DNA from: Cercozoa sp. M6MM
Taxonomy: Eukaryota > Protista > Endomyxa: Ascetosporea
Length of the DNA stretch: 64,000 nucleotides
Assembly (NCBI GenBank): GCA_040357565.1
Contig: JBDODJ010000009.1
Direction: 5' to 3' (one strand)
The translations under genes were made by a program, and so were the position numbers. Under the pieces are notes generated by a model. That model was given only the letters and a program-made list of their open reading frames with translations, did not search any database and had not been told where the DNA came from. This document shows positions 24,596-36,104 of this stretch, piece after piece. Within the stretch, counting starts at the first letter, position 1, and every line of letters begins with the position of its first letter.

Positions 24596-27500
24596 GGGGG
24601 GGGGGGGGTAAAATGCACCAAGACACGCAGTTCCCACAAGGCCTCGTTCTGCGCATTCGCGAATCGCGGCTCTCGCTTCGTCGGGTCTGCCATGACATGG
24701 CTTAATTCAAAAGGAACACGGGGAGCGTAAACCACCATACCGAAACCTTCGCCTTCCGGGTTCTCGCCTTGACGCACCAGTCTGAAAGTGCAAAGGGTAA
24801 CGGGGGGGGGGCAGGAGGGGTAAAAAGCGGGTACTTGGCCACACGTGGGTACAACTGCAGCACAGCGGCCACCAGAATCAGCAGCGCCGCCGCCAGTGAA
24901 GCACGTTGCGAGGCGGCCACGCTGCACGTACAAGCACAGTTACATACACATATAAGTCCAGAATAGACACCTATCCCAGTCCGAACGTACCGCAGCAAGC
25001 GGCGACAGAAAGCAGCCGCGCGGAACTGCGCATCCTGCCAGTCATCGCCCTGCTTCTCGGCGTCCTTGCTTGTCTTTTTCTTGTTCTTCTTGCTCTTCTT
25101 GTGCTGCTCGGGTGATGCCTGGAGGTAAAAGGGCGTAAGGGGATAAATAGAGGTAGGGGCAAAAGGGGGTAAGGATAGTAAGAGGTGGTAAAAGAGGTAT
25201 AGAGGGGGGGCAAGAAAAAACCGCACCTTGAGCGCACGGAATACGAGGTTCAGCAGCGCCGACACACGCGGTGCCGCCACCTGAGTAACAAGGTAGTTTA
25301 CCGAACAAGGTAGTTCACACACGAGGTACTGGGTGTCAGTACCTGCGACAAAGCAGGTGACGCAATCAGCGCGTACAGGGCGCGGTAGAAACGATCCGAG
25401 GCCTGGCCACTGGCGGCGTACTATACCGCAAACAGCACATGTATACATGTACAGATGGACGGGACAACTGGACACGGGCATGGAGGCTACCTGAGCCTGA
25501 AACAGCAACGACAGTGCCTGCGTCGCCGTCGGCAGCGACGCGTCGTGCGTCAACGCGTACAGTCGCTCGAACTGCGACTCGTAGTTCTCGTTCTATTCGA
25601 GGGGGGTAACAGGGGTAATGGGGTCGGGCAAAAGGGGTAATACTCACCTGGAACGGGCAGAACGGGAAGGCGCGATTGAGACCGGTGAGCAGCGTGCTGA
25701 GCAGCTTGCTCTGCATGCCCGATTCCTCAGTGCCAGCAGACTCTTTGTCACCCTACCAAGTCATATCACACATGTATCAACTCAAGGCAGAGTCTGTGCC
25801 GATCATCAATGGTACCAAGTGGGCACGTGCCACCGACTCGAACAGTGACAGGTAGACGCGCACCAGACGCATCGCGATCGGCACGAACGCCGGCGACTTG
25901 CGAAGCACCACCTGCGTGTCCAACCGGGGATGAGGGGGGGGGGGGTAGAAGTGCACAACGAACAAACCTGCGCCAGGAAGGTGAGTGCGTAGTATTGCGC
26001 TCGTTGCGGTAGCTGCATCAACCAAGGGTTAGAAAAAGGTGGACAGGGGCAGTGTGAGCCCACCTGAGGTCGTGTCACAAACTGCTCAGCCTCTCGCAAG
26101 AGCACGAGGCGGCCGTCATCGTCATGCAACTCGCGCACCTCCTGTACAATACGCAGTGGTGTAACCATTAGTCTACTTAAGGAGGCAAAATAGTCACACC
26201 TCGTAATCCTCATCGACCTCTTCCTCCTGCTCCTTGACGTTGGCCCAGATATCCTTCTGCACATCCTAAATATACAAGCGGGGGAAGAGATTTAAGGGGG
26301 AAACAACCTTGTGTCTTGCGTGCACTGCGGCAGTGTAGCGACGTCTGCAGTAGGTCTGTCCGGGGGGGGGGGTAAAGATACAACGGATAGGGGGAGTAAA
26401 GATGCCTACCTGGAACAGTCGCGACAACACCAGAGAAGCCTTGGAAGCGACCTTGCGCGACGTGTCACCGAGCTAAGAGAAAATACTTAAGGGGACGCAC
26501 ACTCTTGGTTGAAGAGGTGTGAGACTGCTCACCTTGTTGGTGATGTGCGACGCCAGCAGCTGCCGCTGTTCCGGACGCGCCTGCGCCAGCTGCGATGCGA
26601 TGTTCAGCACGCGTGCGCGCAGCCACTCCTGCTCGGAGGGGTAATGGGGGTAAATGGGGGGATGGTAAATGGAGTGGATAGATGGGGTAGGCGCGGGCTA
26701 CCTGCTGGTCACGAAGCGCGTTGCCAACGGCGGCCAAAAACTGCGTGTACAGCACCTTGACGCGGTCCTCATAAGCACACAACATCAGCGCCGCACTCGG
26801 CACGCGCTTGGCCGTGTCTGCTCAGGTACAGAGTATGTGTACAATGGCATCCCCATGTTTCCTAGCTCTGCATAGCCCAAGCGTACCCCACGGGTGTTCC
26901 GAGAAGGCTCGCAACGGACGCGCCGGCAGCAAGGCCGCACCGAACAGATCCGCCTGTCCAAAAGATATTTGAGCGACCACATAGACTACAAGCAAGAGGT
27001 ACAGTGGCCTGCAAGGCATGCGCAGCCTCCTGTCGACGCACCTTGACGCCTTTCTACTCAAAGGAGGTACACAAAGGTAATCAAGGGGGCAAATAAGAGG
27101 CCTACATGGCCACCGCCACCCGTAGCTTTATTGCAGTGCGCCACGAGTCGCTGCAGCACCACGAGGTTGTGCAGCGGCGCCGACTGCACCAGCAGTGCCA
27201 TCGCGTTCACGCGATCCTCGGCAGTGCCGTCCTTCGCCATTTGCTCCTGTACACACATAGTACCAGATGTATTACCACTCCACCCCCCCTTACCCCTAAA
27301 CGCATACCAAGAAATCGCGATGAGCGGCAGCCTGCGACGACTTCGACATCGTTACCAACAGCGCCGTTGCCTACATCGCATACGGGGTAGCTCGGCGTGT
27401 GGGGGTAAACGAAGGCTAACAAACCTTCTTGCGCGCATCTTGTTCGTTGCGAATCTCAACGATATCACGCGGCAGCTTCTGGGTGCTCTCACGCGAGTAC

Positions 27501-27737
27501 CTGGGTCACACCAACAATATTATGACATTGTCTCATGTCAGTGTCAGGAGAAATGCAGAGGACAAACCAGGCAGCAGCGTCGCCTGAGGAGTGGAGCGCT
27601 TCGATCTCGGCAGCTGGCAATGCCTTCTTTTGCTTCTCAAGTGCCTGGCGGCGCGAGTCGTCACGCTCGCGGTTGGGTTGGCGTTTTTTCGCCTTGCGCA
27701 ACTCGGCCTTTGTGGGGCCACGCGCACTGCGAGCCAT
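23406..27737 (-). CDS. NOC1: Ribosome biogenesis protein NOC1/MAK21/CEBPZ (CBF/Mak21 family)
   Basis: GTAEDRVNAMALLVQSAPLHNL, RAQYYALTFLAQ, LLTGLNRAFPF, ATQALSLLFQ, HFHPSVRHFA, YEGDALADFTHLAFLDRF|..RNPKK; acidic then basic tail KKHKKRRRRR-TGA. Confidence 0.95.
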
Positions 27738-28366
27738 GTCTCACGTCGCTCTTGGGTACTACACACACAGACACCCGTGCAGAGCCCTCACAAGTCACCT
27801 CAAAAATTCTTAAAGCCCAGAATTGTGTACAACATGGACGGTCTGGTGTGCAAACCAAAAAAAAAAAAGAAAAAAATCGATCTCGAATGACGGTTGTATG
27901 ACGTCGCTATAACAACCTGGTGATTTGCCACAAATAATCGGTGTGTCCGAGAGACCAGCCATTTCCGGAAGTGATCACCAATTGCTGTTATTCTATCGGA
28001 CATGGGTCATCGCGTGGATTGAATCATCTCCTTTTTGTTGATTGATCTCATTTCGGACGATTTCTCAAAAACTCCGCCAGTCACGTGAATTTGATCGAAA
28101 TCAGCTGGGCCCATTTGACCCCCTTTTGGTTCGTTTCTGCCGGCCGCAAAGGGTGGTCGCGGCCAGGCTCCCCGAACCAGACCCTGTGACCTCTTTACTG
28201 TCTAGCATTCTGCACGAGACCGCTGGGCGCACTGTGATACCGTTTGGTTGTCGACGCGCGGCGCGTCTCGTGATTTATTGGATTATTGTTTTTGATTGTT
28301 TGAATTGACACTGACATTGACATTGGCACTGACTCTGTCACTGTCATTATTTGACGGCGCTGAAGA

Positions 28367-31300
28367 ATGAAGTGGAACAGTGACTGTATCGGTACAGTCA
28401 CTCTGGAGATCAGTCGGGTGCAGTGCACACGTGCGTGGTCTTTGATACATTTGATGGAAGTAGTTCTGTTTTGCGCGGCCGTGTTGCTCGTGACACTGTC
28501 GCCGGTGTTGCTGCTGTTCTGGTTGCTCGGCGATGTGCTGCTCTTCGCCTTCCTCGGACGCACCTACCTCGTAGATTTTCTGTGTGGGCCTTTCTCCCGT
28601 TGGATAGACGCATGTCTCGTGTCGTAGTACAACGTCAGCTGGGAGGATCCACGCATGGATCTACGCGAAATGCGCACTGACGATAAGGTACGCCTTGCGT
28701 ACACATCTGTAAGTTATCGATCACATGTGTATTTAGGACCACGTTTTGACAATTGCTTCGGCTGGCGACAACGTTTTCGACTTTTTGACTCGGTAAAGTC
28801 GACTCTACACACCAGATTATGAACGAATGGTACTGTTTTGCTGATTTAGAGGCGCACGAGTGACTGCTGTTGACTTCAATCCGAATCAACTAGCGCTGGC
28901 GCAGCTCAAGGTCGACTCAACACTAGGCAGTTTTGTGTTGGAGTGTTTTTGTAAGGTTGTTGCTTGCAGGCTGCAGCAGCTGCCACGCTGCCGCACAGCG
29001 AGTACTTCCGCATCTTTGGTCGCGACGATGTCGCTCTGTTGCGCGCGCGCTACCTGCGGTCGGAGAATTACGAGGCACTGCGAGAGCACGCGTACATGAC
29101 GGACGCGGCTCGTAGTTTTTGGGATGCACACCTGGGTTATGGCAAGGACAAAGCTTCCCTGCGCAGCATCATGTACAGGTACTGGGGGACATACTTTTTA
29201 GTATGGCTTGTTGATGGGGTTTCCATCTGCAGTGGCACATCGGGTCTACTGGCCTGGATGATGACGACAATTGTGCTCCCTGTGATGGGTCTTGGCGGAG
29301 TGCACAAGGCGATTAAGGCGACTGCTGACCAGCAGGACCAAGACTTCCCGGTGCTTGTCGATCGGTGCATCCTTTTCCTACCCATCTCTGCATCTCCCTA
29401 TCCTGACTGAGCTCTCATCACAGGGAAGAAACTGACGACGAGGACCCGTTGACGTTGTTGGAGAAGGGACTGCTGTCGGAAGACTCGATCGTAGTTCTCC
29501 TTCTGTATCTGTAGTGAGTTGACGCATGTCACTATTCGTTGGATGTGCTTGCAGGACGGTCAGTCGAAGCGTATGCGCCAAGTGCTGCGACAAACGCCGC
29601 ACCAGGGCCGTTTCGAGCGCATCTGCCGTATGCTGGACCACCCGGTGGTGCTCAACTGCGTCGCTCTGATGGCCGGCGTCCCGACGCGACAGCTGCTGGC
29701 CGGTGCTCACCGCAGCGACACCATGCGCACTTTCCTGGGCAAGGTATGTTCAGGTTGTGGGCTTTCTGTCTGCCTGGCCTATCCCTCTTGTATGTGGGCT
29801 GAGTGTGCAGACCTTTCTCAACGAGCACGTGGACATGTGTGGCGACAACTACTTCTTTATGGGCTACCTTACCGGTCGTCTGACTCGTCGGTGTCGCCCA
29901 CTGTACATGCGTCCACGCTACTATGCGCGTCTCCAGGCCGCCTTGCGACAGGGTGCTTCCTTTCTTTTGCTACCACCTTGAGCTTGTGTGTGAGTAAACT
30001 GTGCCATGCAGGTAAGCTGCGACTGCGGCACTCGTCGCTCGCCGATCAGGCGCGTGCTGATGCGGCCAGTAACAGCGACGGCTTCGGTCGCTACACGTCC
30101 GCTGGTATGGGTCATTTTGCATCCGCATGGGGGACTGTGTCTGCATGTACTGTTTTTGTGCAGCACTGCTGGACCACATGGACTGGATGTCGCCATCGGC
30201 AGTGCATGCCGAACTTGCCTCTGGTATCTTGTCTTGGAGTCAAAGTGAGTATGTGTCTGTACATGTGTCTTGTCTTTCTACAGTCGTGTCCAACATGGAC
30301 CGCAGCAACCGTGCGCAACTTTTTTGGCGCTCGTTTGCTGATGACGTGCACTCGCCTTGGCTGCGCTTGCTTCAGCCAAAGTACTCCTCTGTCTTGACTG
30401 ACCTTGTGTCGGCTGATATGGAAGTGTTGCTTGCAGGCGTTGTCAGGACAATGACGACAGAGTACCGTCGTACTTTGGCACCTGGCTGGCTGACCTGTCG
30501 ATTCGCGGTCCGTGCAGTGACATGGCGCCACTAAACCTCGAGAAACACTCGAAGGTACCGTTTTCCCTTTGTTATCTCAAGTTCGCACACACTCCACTGC
30601 CCCGACAGTGGCCGTCGCGAGAGCCGGAACGCACAGCGTTGCAGCGTGCCGTTCGCTTGCTTGTGACGGGTATCCGCATCGTGGTGGCACCTGTGCTGGC
30701 GTATCTGCAAGGCGGAGGTAAGGCCACGTCGCACAAGGCGAAAATGGAGGCCTTTTATCAGGCACAGAAGTCGGACTATGGTACTCAATTCTCGGTGTAT
30801 GCTGTGTCAGGCTTTACATGAGAGTCCTGTGCAGATGCGTTCCGCGAGAACATGCTGCACGCACGCCGACCATTGATTCAGTTGATGCCGCTGCGTGAGA
30901 GCGAGGCGGGTACCTTATATATATTTATTTTTTCTCCTATATATACTATATATGTATATATATTCCCTTGTATTATTGTGTGCAGGTGCGCGCAAGATGG
31001 TATGGATCGATATCGGCGGTGGCACGGCGCGTAACTTGGAGTTCCTTCCGCTCGACGTGCTGCGTCAGCACTTTGCCAAGATTGTGGTATGAGTACCCCA
31101 AGCTGTATGTGTTTGTATTGCATGCATGTTGGTTGGACAGGTGGCCGACATCTCACCGTCGCTGCTGTCGATGGCGCGCAAGCGATTGCAGCAGCACGTA
31201 ACGCTTCTCGTTTTTGCCTCCTTCCGTTGCCTTTTTATTTTCATGTGAGAACAGGGTCTGTCGGACCTGGTGACGTGTATCGAATGCGATGTTACACGGC

Positions 31301-31975
31301 CCGAGGCACTCGAGACTTTGCGAACTGCGGCTGGTGTCAACAACGATCATGGTATCCCATGTCCCTAGGTTTTCTGAACCTGCTGATGTTGTTTCCTTGG
31401 TGTAGGTGCTGATGTCGTTACGTTCAGTTACTCGCTGTCGTACCATAGCCTCAGTCCCTTGTTTGCCTTGCTTTATGACTTTTGTAACAGCATGATTCCG
31501 GATCGTGTGGCGGCTTTGCGAACGGCGCGTGCGCTGCTCGATCGGCAGCGCGGTTTTCTCGGTCTGGCCGACTTTGTGCTGCGCGATTCGCTCGAGGCCT
31601 CCCACGCTGGACGCTTGCTCAACATCACGTACGTTCTCAGCATGCACACCCGAGTCAAACCCGAGTGGTACTCATGTGGGTTTGTAGGCCGCGAAAGCAG
31701 CTTCGACGAGTGGAAGCCTTCCTGCACAAGCACTGGTTCGCACAGGACAACGTGCACCTGCTGCCAGAGTCGCTGATCTCTTTGGTGACGTCGCAACTCG
31801 ACCTTGTGAAGGTACCGCTCGGCCACGCCCAAGGCCCTTTCATCCAATGTTTTTGACTTGTACTGTCGGTGCCGTCCAGGTGTGTGATGAGCGTTTCCGC
31901 GGCAAGATTCCGCTCCTGCCGCCGCTGCGACCGTTCCATGGCGTGTTCTGGTTCGGTGTGACACCGCAGGCATGA
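28367..31975 (+). CDS. BTA1: Betaine lipid (DGTS) synthase: N-terminal TM, BtaA/DUF3419 domain, then BtaB-like SAM methyltransferase
   Basis: YNVSWEDPRMD, VLTIASAGDN, VTAVDFNPNQLALAQLK, DNYFFMGYLTG, LLDHMDWM, FWRSFA (BtaA); MEAFYQAQKSDYDAFRENMLHAR, WIDIGGGTARNLEF, DVVTFSYSLSMIPD, GLADF (BtaB). Start is 28367 or 28454. Confidence 0.92.
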
Positions 31976-32375
31976 TTTTTGTTTGGTGTCTGTACCTACG
32001 GAAGTCTAAATGAAACTGACGGCCGGGCACCTACTGCTCGTGGTTTTCGTTTTAAGTTGTGTAATGGATTGTACCTGTGTACCCGATCGTACAGTACTGC
32101 ACGCGATGCGTATTTTAACACCCCCCCCCCCCCCCCCAGTCAAGTTGTATGGTTCTCAGCACACGCATGGACTTAGATGCGGGTTTTCCGAAAACGAAGC
32201 TGGCCCCACCAACCAGGGGACTAAATCTGACTGCTGCATGCACCGACCGCACAATTACTGGTAGCTTTTATACTCAATGCTGTATGTGACGCACCACGGC
32301 AACCTAAACAAACCGAACTGAATGCGACGGCGATGCCACTTTCAGCGGGAGCTCAGTTTGAAAAAAAACGAGCGA

Positions 32376-33138
32376 TCATTGAGCAGCCTCGAACTCTGCA
32401 ATTTCGTGCTTCTCGACGGCCTCGAGCCTAGCAATTTTCAAACACACGCATGCAACCCCCGGTCCGTGACATCAGCGTGAGGCAACTGTACCACTCGGTA
32501 ACCAAACGTTCGTGGTGACCCTTAAGCTCAACGACACCTGTGCAGCAGCCAGTGTAAACGTGTTGAACCAAACTGAAAAATATTACCCGGCTTGAATCGC
32601 ACATTCTCCGGCTGCACCTGCGTCACCTCCAGCACGTCTTCGATGAAGGCCTGAATGGTAGCATTCCTAGACATCACGATGCGTTCAATAAAGAAAGAAA
32701 CGGAAATACCTGCGTATCTCCGTGTATTCTGCGGATGGTCGTAACAATCTTCGACCTACAAACACAGAAGAGATATCACTAGTCCACAGAATTGGAACAA
32801 GACGGACCTGGCATGCTTCAACGTCACGTGCACCGGCAAACCACCGAACGTGGAACGCGAAACCTACAAAAATATCGACCGTACGTCTCGGCGTTTGAGT
32901 GATTATGCTGCAAGGTTTTTACCTGCCAACGACCGCGCGGAAGCGGGAAATCGTCACACAGCGGCAAAGTATTGATCACGGGCTTCTTTTGTCGCGGATG
33001 AATGCGCAACCGGTCCAAAACAGTCTGCGGGTGCGAAAAGCCCTGATCCTGCTTGCTGTTGACTGGAATGGCAAGCCATCGCGCCGCTGAGGGCTGGGAA
33101 AGCTTTCGCACGGCAAAAGCCAGCCTTCGGCTCTGCAT
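32376..33138 (-). CDS. MRPL49: Mitochondrial ribosomal protein mL49 (Img2)
   Basis: Presequence MQSRRLAFAVRKLS; VSRSTFGGLPVH, IVTTIRRIHGD, VELKGHHERLVTEWL. Confidence 0.8.
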
Positions 33139-33508
33139 CTCAGTGTACAGTACTCTCCACACGCACGTGAGAACACCCTGGGGCACCGTAGGCCGTCGAA
33201 AATTCATTAAAGAAAATCATAGACACAAAACCGGCCGTACGTTCGTACAGCGTGTGTCGATCGAAGCCGCTAAGACCACTGTACCACTATCTCATCGTAT
33301 TCCACGCTGGTCTGACGGCACTACATAGGCTGTAGTGAGTCCGAATACGAACATAGGCCCGTGTGCACGAAAAAAGGAGTGACCCGACCCAGCAAAACAC
33401 AGCCAAGGTACACTGTCCTGCTGCACAGTAGGACTCGGTTGTTGTGCCACCTGTTGCTTTTGTGCTGTTCATTGTGATTGATTATAGAGTTTTGTTGTGC
33501 ATCTGCAG

Positions 33509-35523
33509 ATGTCGATGATCCTGCGCAAGGAGGCGCCGAAGCAGGCGCCTGGCAAGGAGTTCCGCCTGGTGTGATTCCCTTTGCGTGCATACATTAGTTC
33601 GTTTATTCATTTCCATGCGTGCAGGCCCACTCGATCTCGTGCCATGCGTGGAATGCCGACTTCTCGCAGATCGCTCTGTGCCCCAACGACAACACTGTCG
33701 TAACTCACTCTTTTTTCTGAGGTCTTTGGATAAACGTAGTTTGCGTGTAGCTTATCTACGCGACGAACGATAGCGAGGATTCGTCGAAGTGGACCAAGGT
33801 ACATGTCTCCACCGCCCATTTTCACCGTTATTGGAAGTTTCTCTACACTCGCGCAGCTGCACACGCTCACGGAGCACGACGAAGTTGTGTCTGCCATTGA
33901 CTGGTATCACTGTCACTACCGTGGGTATTATAAACCAAAGCACGTTCTGTTTAAACAGGTCGCCTGCCACCAACATGATCGTTACTTGCGGTCACGATCG
34001 TAACGCCTACGTTTGGAACCTGGACGAGCAGACAAACCAGTGGCAGGTACTCACGGTTCACGATGTTGCCCCACGGGGCGGGAGGTCTTGAGTTTTGACC
34101 TGAGGATGATGTTGCTTTCCTCAGCCCACGCTTGTGATCTTGCGTATCAACCGTGCCGCCAACAAGGTGCGCTGGTCGGCCGACGGCTCCAAGTTCGCTG
34201 TGGCCTCGTCGGCCAAGCAGGTGCCGGTGTGTCACTACCAGCCCGAGTACAACTGGTGGGTGTCCAAGATGATCAAGAAGCACAAGAGCAGCGTAATATT
34301 GATCTTCCCTTTCAGAGCATACTGTGTCAAAAGTTAGTCTGTATGTAGGTTCTTGATGTGGCCTGGCACCCGAACGGCAAGTTCTTGCTGACGGGCGGTT
34401 CCGACTTCAAGTGCCGTGTCTTCTCGGCTTACATCGAGGTGCCTCCTGCCTTCATCCCTTTTGTTTAGTCTCATGTCGCCATTTGTGGTGTCATAGGAGG
34501 TCGACTCGCTTGCCGATGCCGCGCAGTTCGCTGACAAGTACCCCAAGTACGACAAGTTCGGCCAGGTCATGGCTGAGCTCGACGTGGCCACCACTGTACT
34601 TTTTTAAGCCCAACAATGCCTCCCGAACATGCACATATCTATCTGCTCAGGGCTCGGGCGCTGGAGCCGGCTGGATTGAATCCGTCGCCTGGTCGCCTGA
34701 TGGTACTCATACAGCACCCTGCGTGTGCTGTCTGTTTGATTGTACCCTCCATTGCTCACTTCAGGCATGCGCGGTGCCTTCGTGTCGCACGACTCGGCCA
34801 TCAGCTTCTTCTCGATCCACCCGGACTTCCCGGACACGCCGCTGCAGGTCATCAAGTTCAACCACCTGCCCTTCACGACGGTCGAGTTCCTGTCCGACTC
34901 GGCTGTTGTGGCCGCTGGCTACGACGCCAACCCAGAAGGTTCACTGGCTGTCGCGTCCTCTTGTCACTTCTGTCCCTTTTACCTCCCTCCCTGTTGGGCC
35001 TTAGTGTACGTGCTTAAGTGCAATGAATTCGAGGTTGTCGACACGCTCGATGGCAAGGAGGTATCTTCGGCGAGTTTATTGTGCTTATCGGTATCGCTTT
35101 CTTAGCACTGCACTCTTTCTACTCTTTTGTAGCCGGAGAAGAAGGAGGAGAAAACGCAGACGAGCAGATTTGCCGCTGCTCGCAGTATGTTTGGCGCCAT
35201 GTCGTCGCGTGGCAGCGCTAAGGTATGACTAATCCTCTCTCTGCCCAGGGCCGTGTACCCTGTCTGCTTGAGTGCAGGCCAGCAAGTCGGAGTCCGTCAA
35301 GACGCGGCACCAGAACGGCATCGTCGAGATTCGCCTGCTCAACAAGCCACTGGAGTTCGAGCACAACACAGCACGCTTTACCACTGCCGGTACTCATCTC
35401 ACCTCACATCACGTGCCGTGATTGTTGGCTATGCGCTGTATGCTTACAGGTATCGACGGCCGCATCTTGTTCTGGGACCTCAACAAGATCGCTGGCATTG
35501 ACGTGGCCTCGCTCCGCATCTAA
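33509..35523 (+). CDS. ARPC1: Arp2/3 complex subunit 1 (p40, WD40)
   Basis: [80 protein letters not shown]. Confidence 0.97.
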
Positions 35524-35757
35524 ATAAATTCCTCATTGCGCGGCGTTCCAAATCTGGCTACCTGCCATGTGAAGTGATATACTAGTGTTTTCTCTCTGTT
35601 TACGTGATTGTACGGCTCGCGGTACCACAGCAGGCCGCCGAATTCGCTCACGTTACCTCGTGCACACAACGTGAGCGGCATGCGGTCAGAGCCTGCAGTG
35701 ACAGTGGGTTAAGTTTACTTGTCTGGCCGTTCTTCCTTTGCCTCTCCATGTGATGTG

Positions 35758-35870
35758 AAGACTCAATCACGTGCGGTTTGCCGCTGAGGCAATTGCAGCA
35801 CGATAAAATTATATCGATAAACAAGACTCAATCACGTGCGGTTCAAGCCGCTGAGGCACTAGTGGCACGA
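35758..35870. repeat. Imperfect two-copy direct repeat (period 65 bp) with a hairpin core, between convergent ARPC1 and ESF1
   Basis: AAGACTCAATCACGTGCGGTT at 35758 and 35823, each followed by GCCGCTGAGGCA..GCACGA. Confidence 0.8.
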
Positions 35871-36104
35871 CGTGGTGATCGTCAAGCGTCGAAGGTGAAC
35901 GCCTCCAAGGCCAAGTCAGACGAGTCTAGCGACGGGAGCTCGTCTACCGTAAAATACGGCCGGCGAGGACAAGACATGACATGACTGTACACAGCGCAGT
36001 ACAGCAGCAGGTACTTAGTTGGTTTCATGTAATACTCAACTAACTAACTACAGCAGCGCAGGCCAGACACCTGACGAACATGATAAAAAACCCAACGTAG
36101 CCTA

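Noticed and set aside
27925-28060. U1 snRNA, suggested by an Sm-site-like ATTATTTGTGG on the minus strand
   Set aside because: No ACTTACCTG 5' end or U1 loop sequences upstream.
35758-35870. Possible CRISPR array or tRNA T-loop (GGTTCAAGCC)
   Set aside because: Only two units, eukaryotic context, no cas genes and no cloverleaf.
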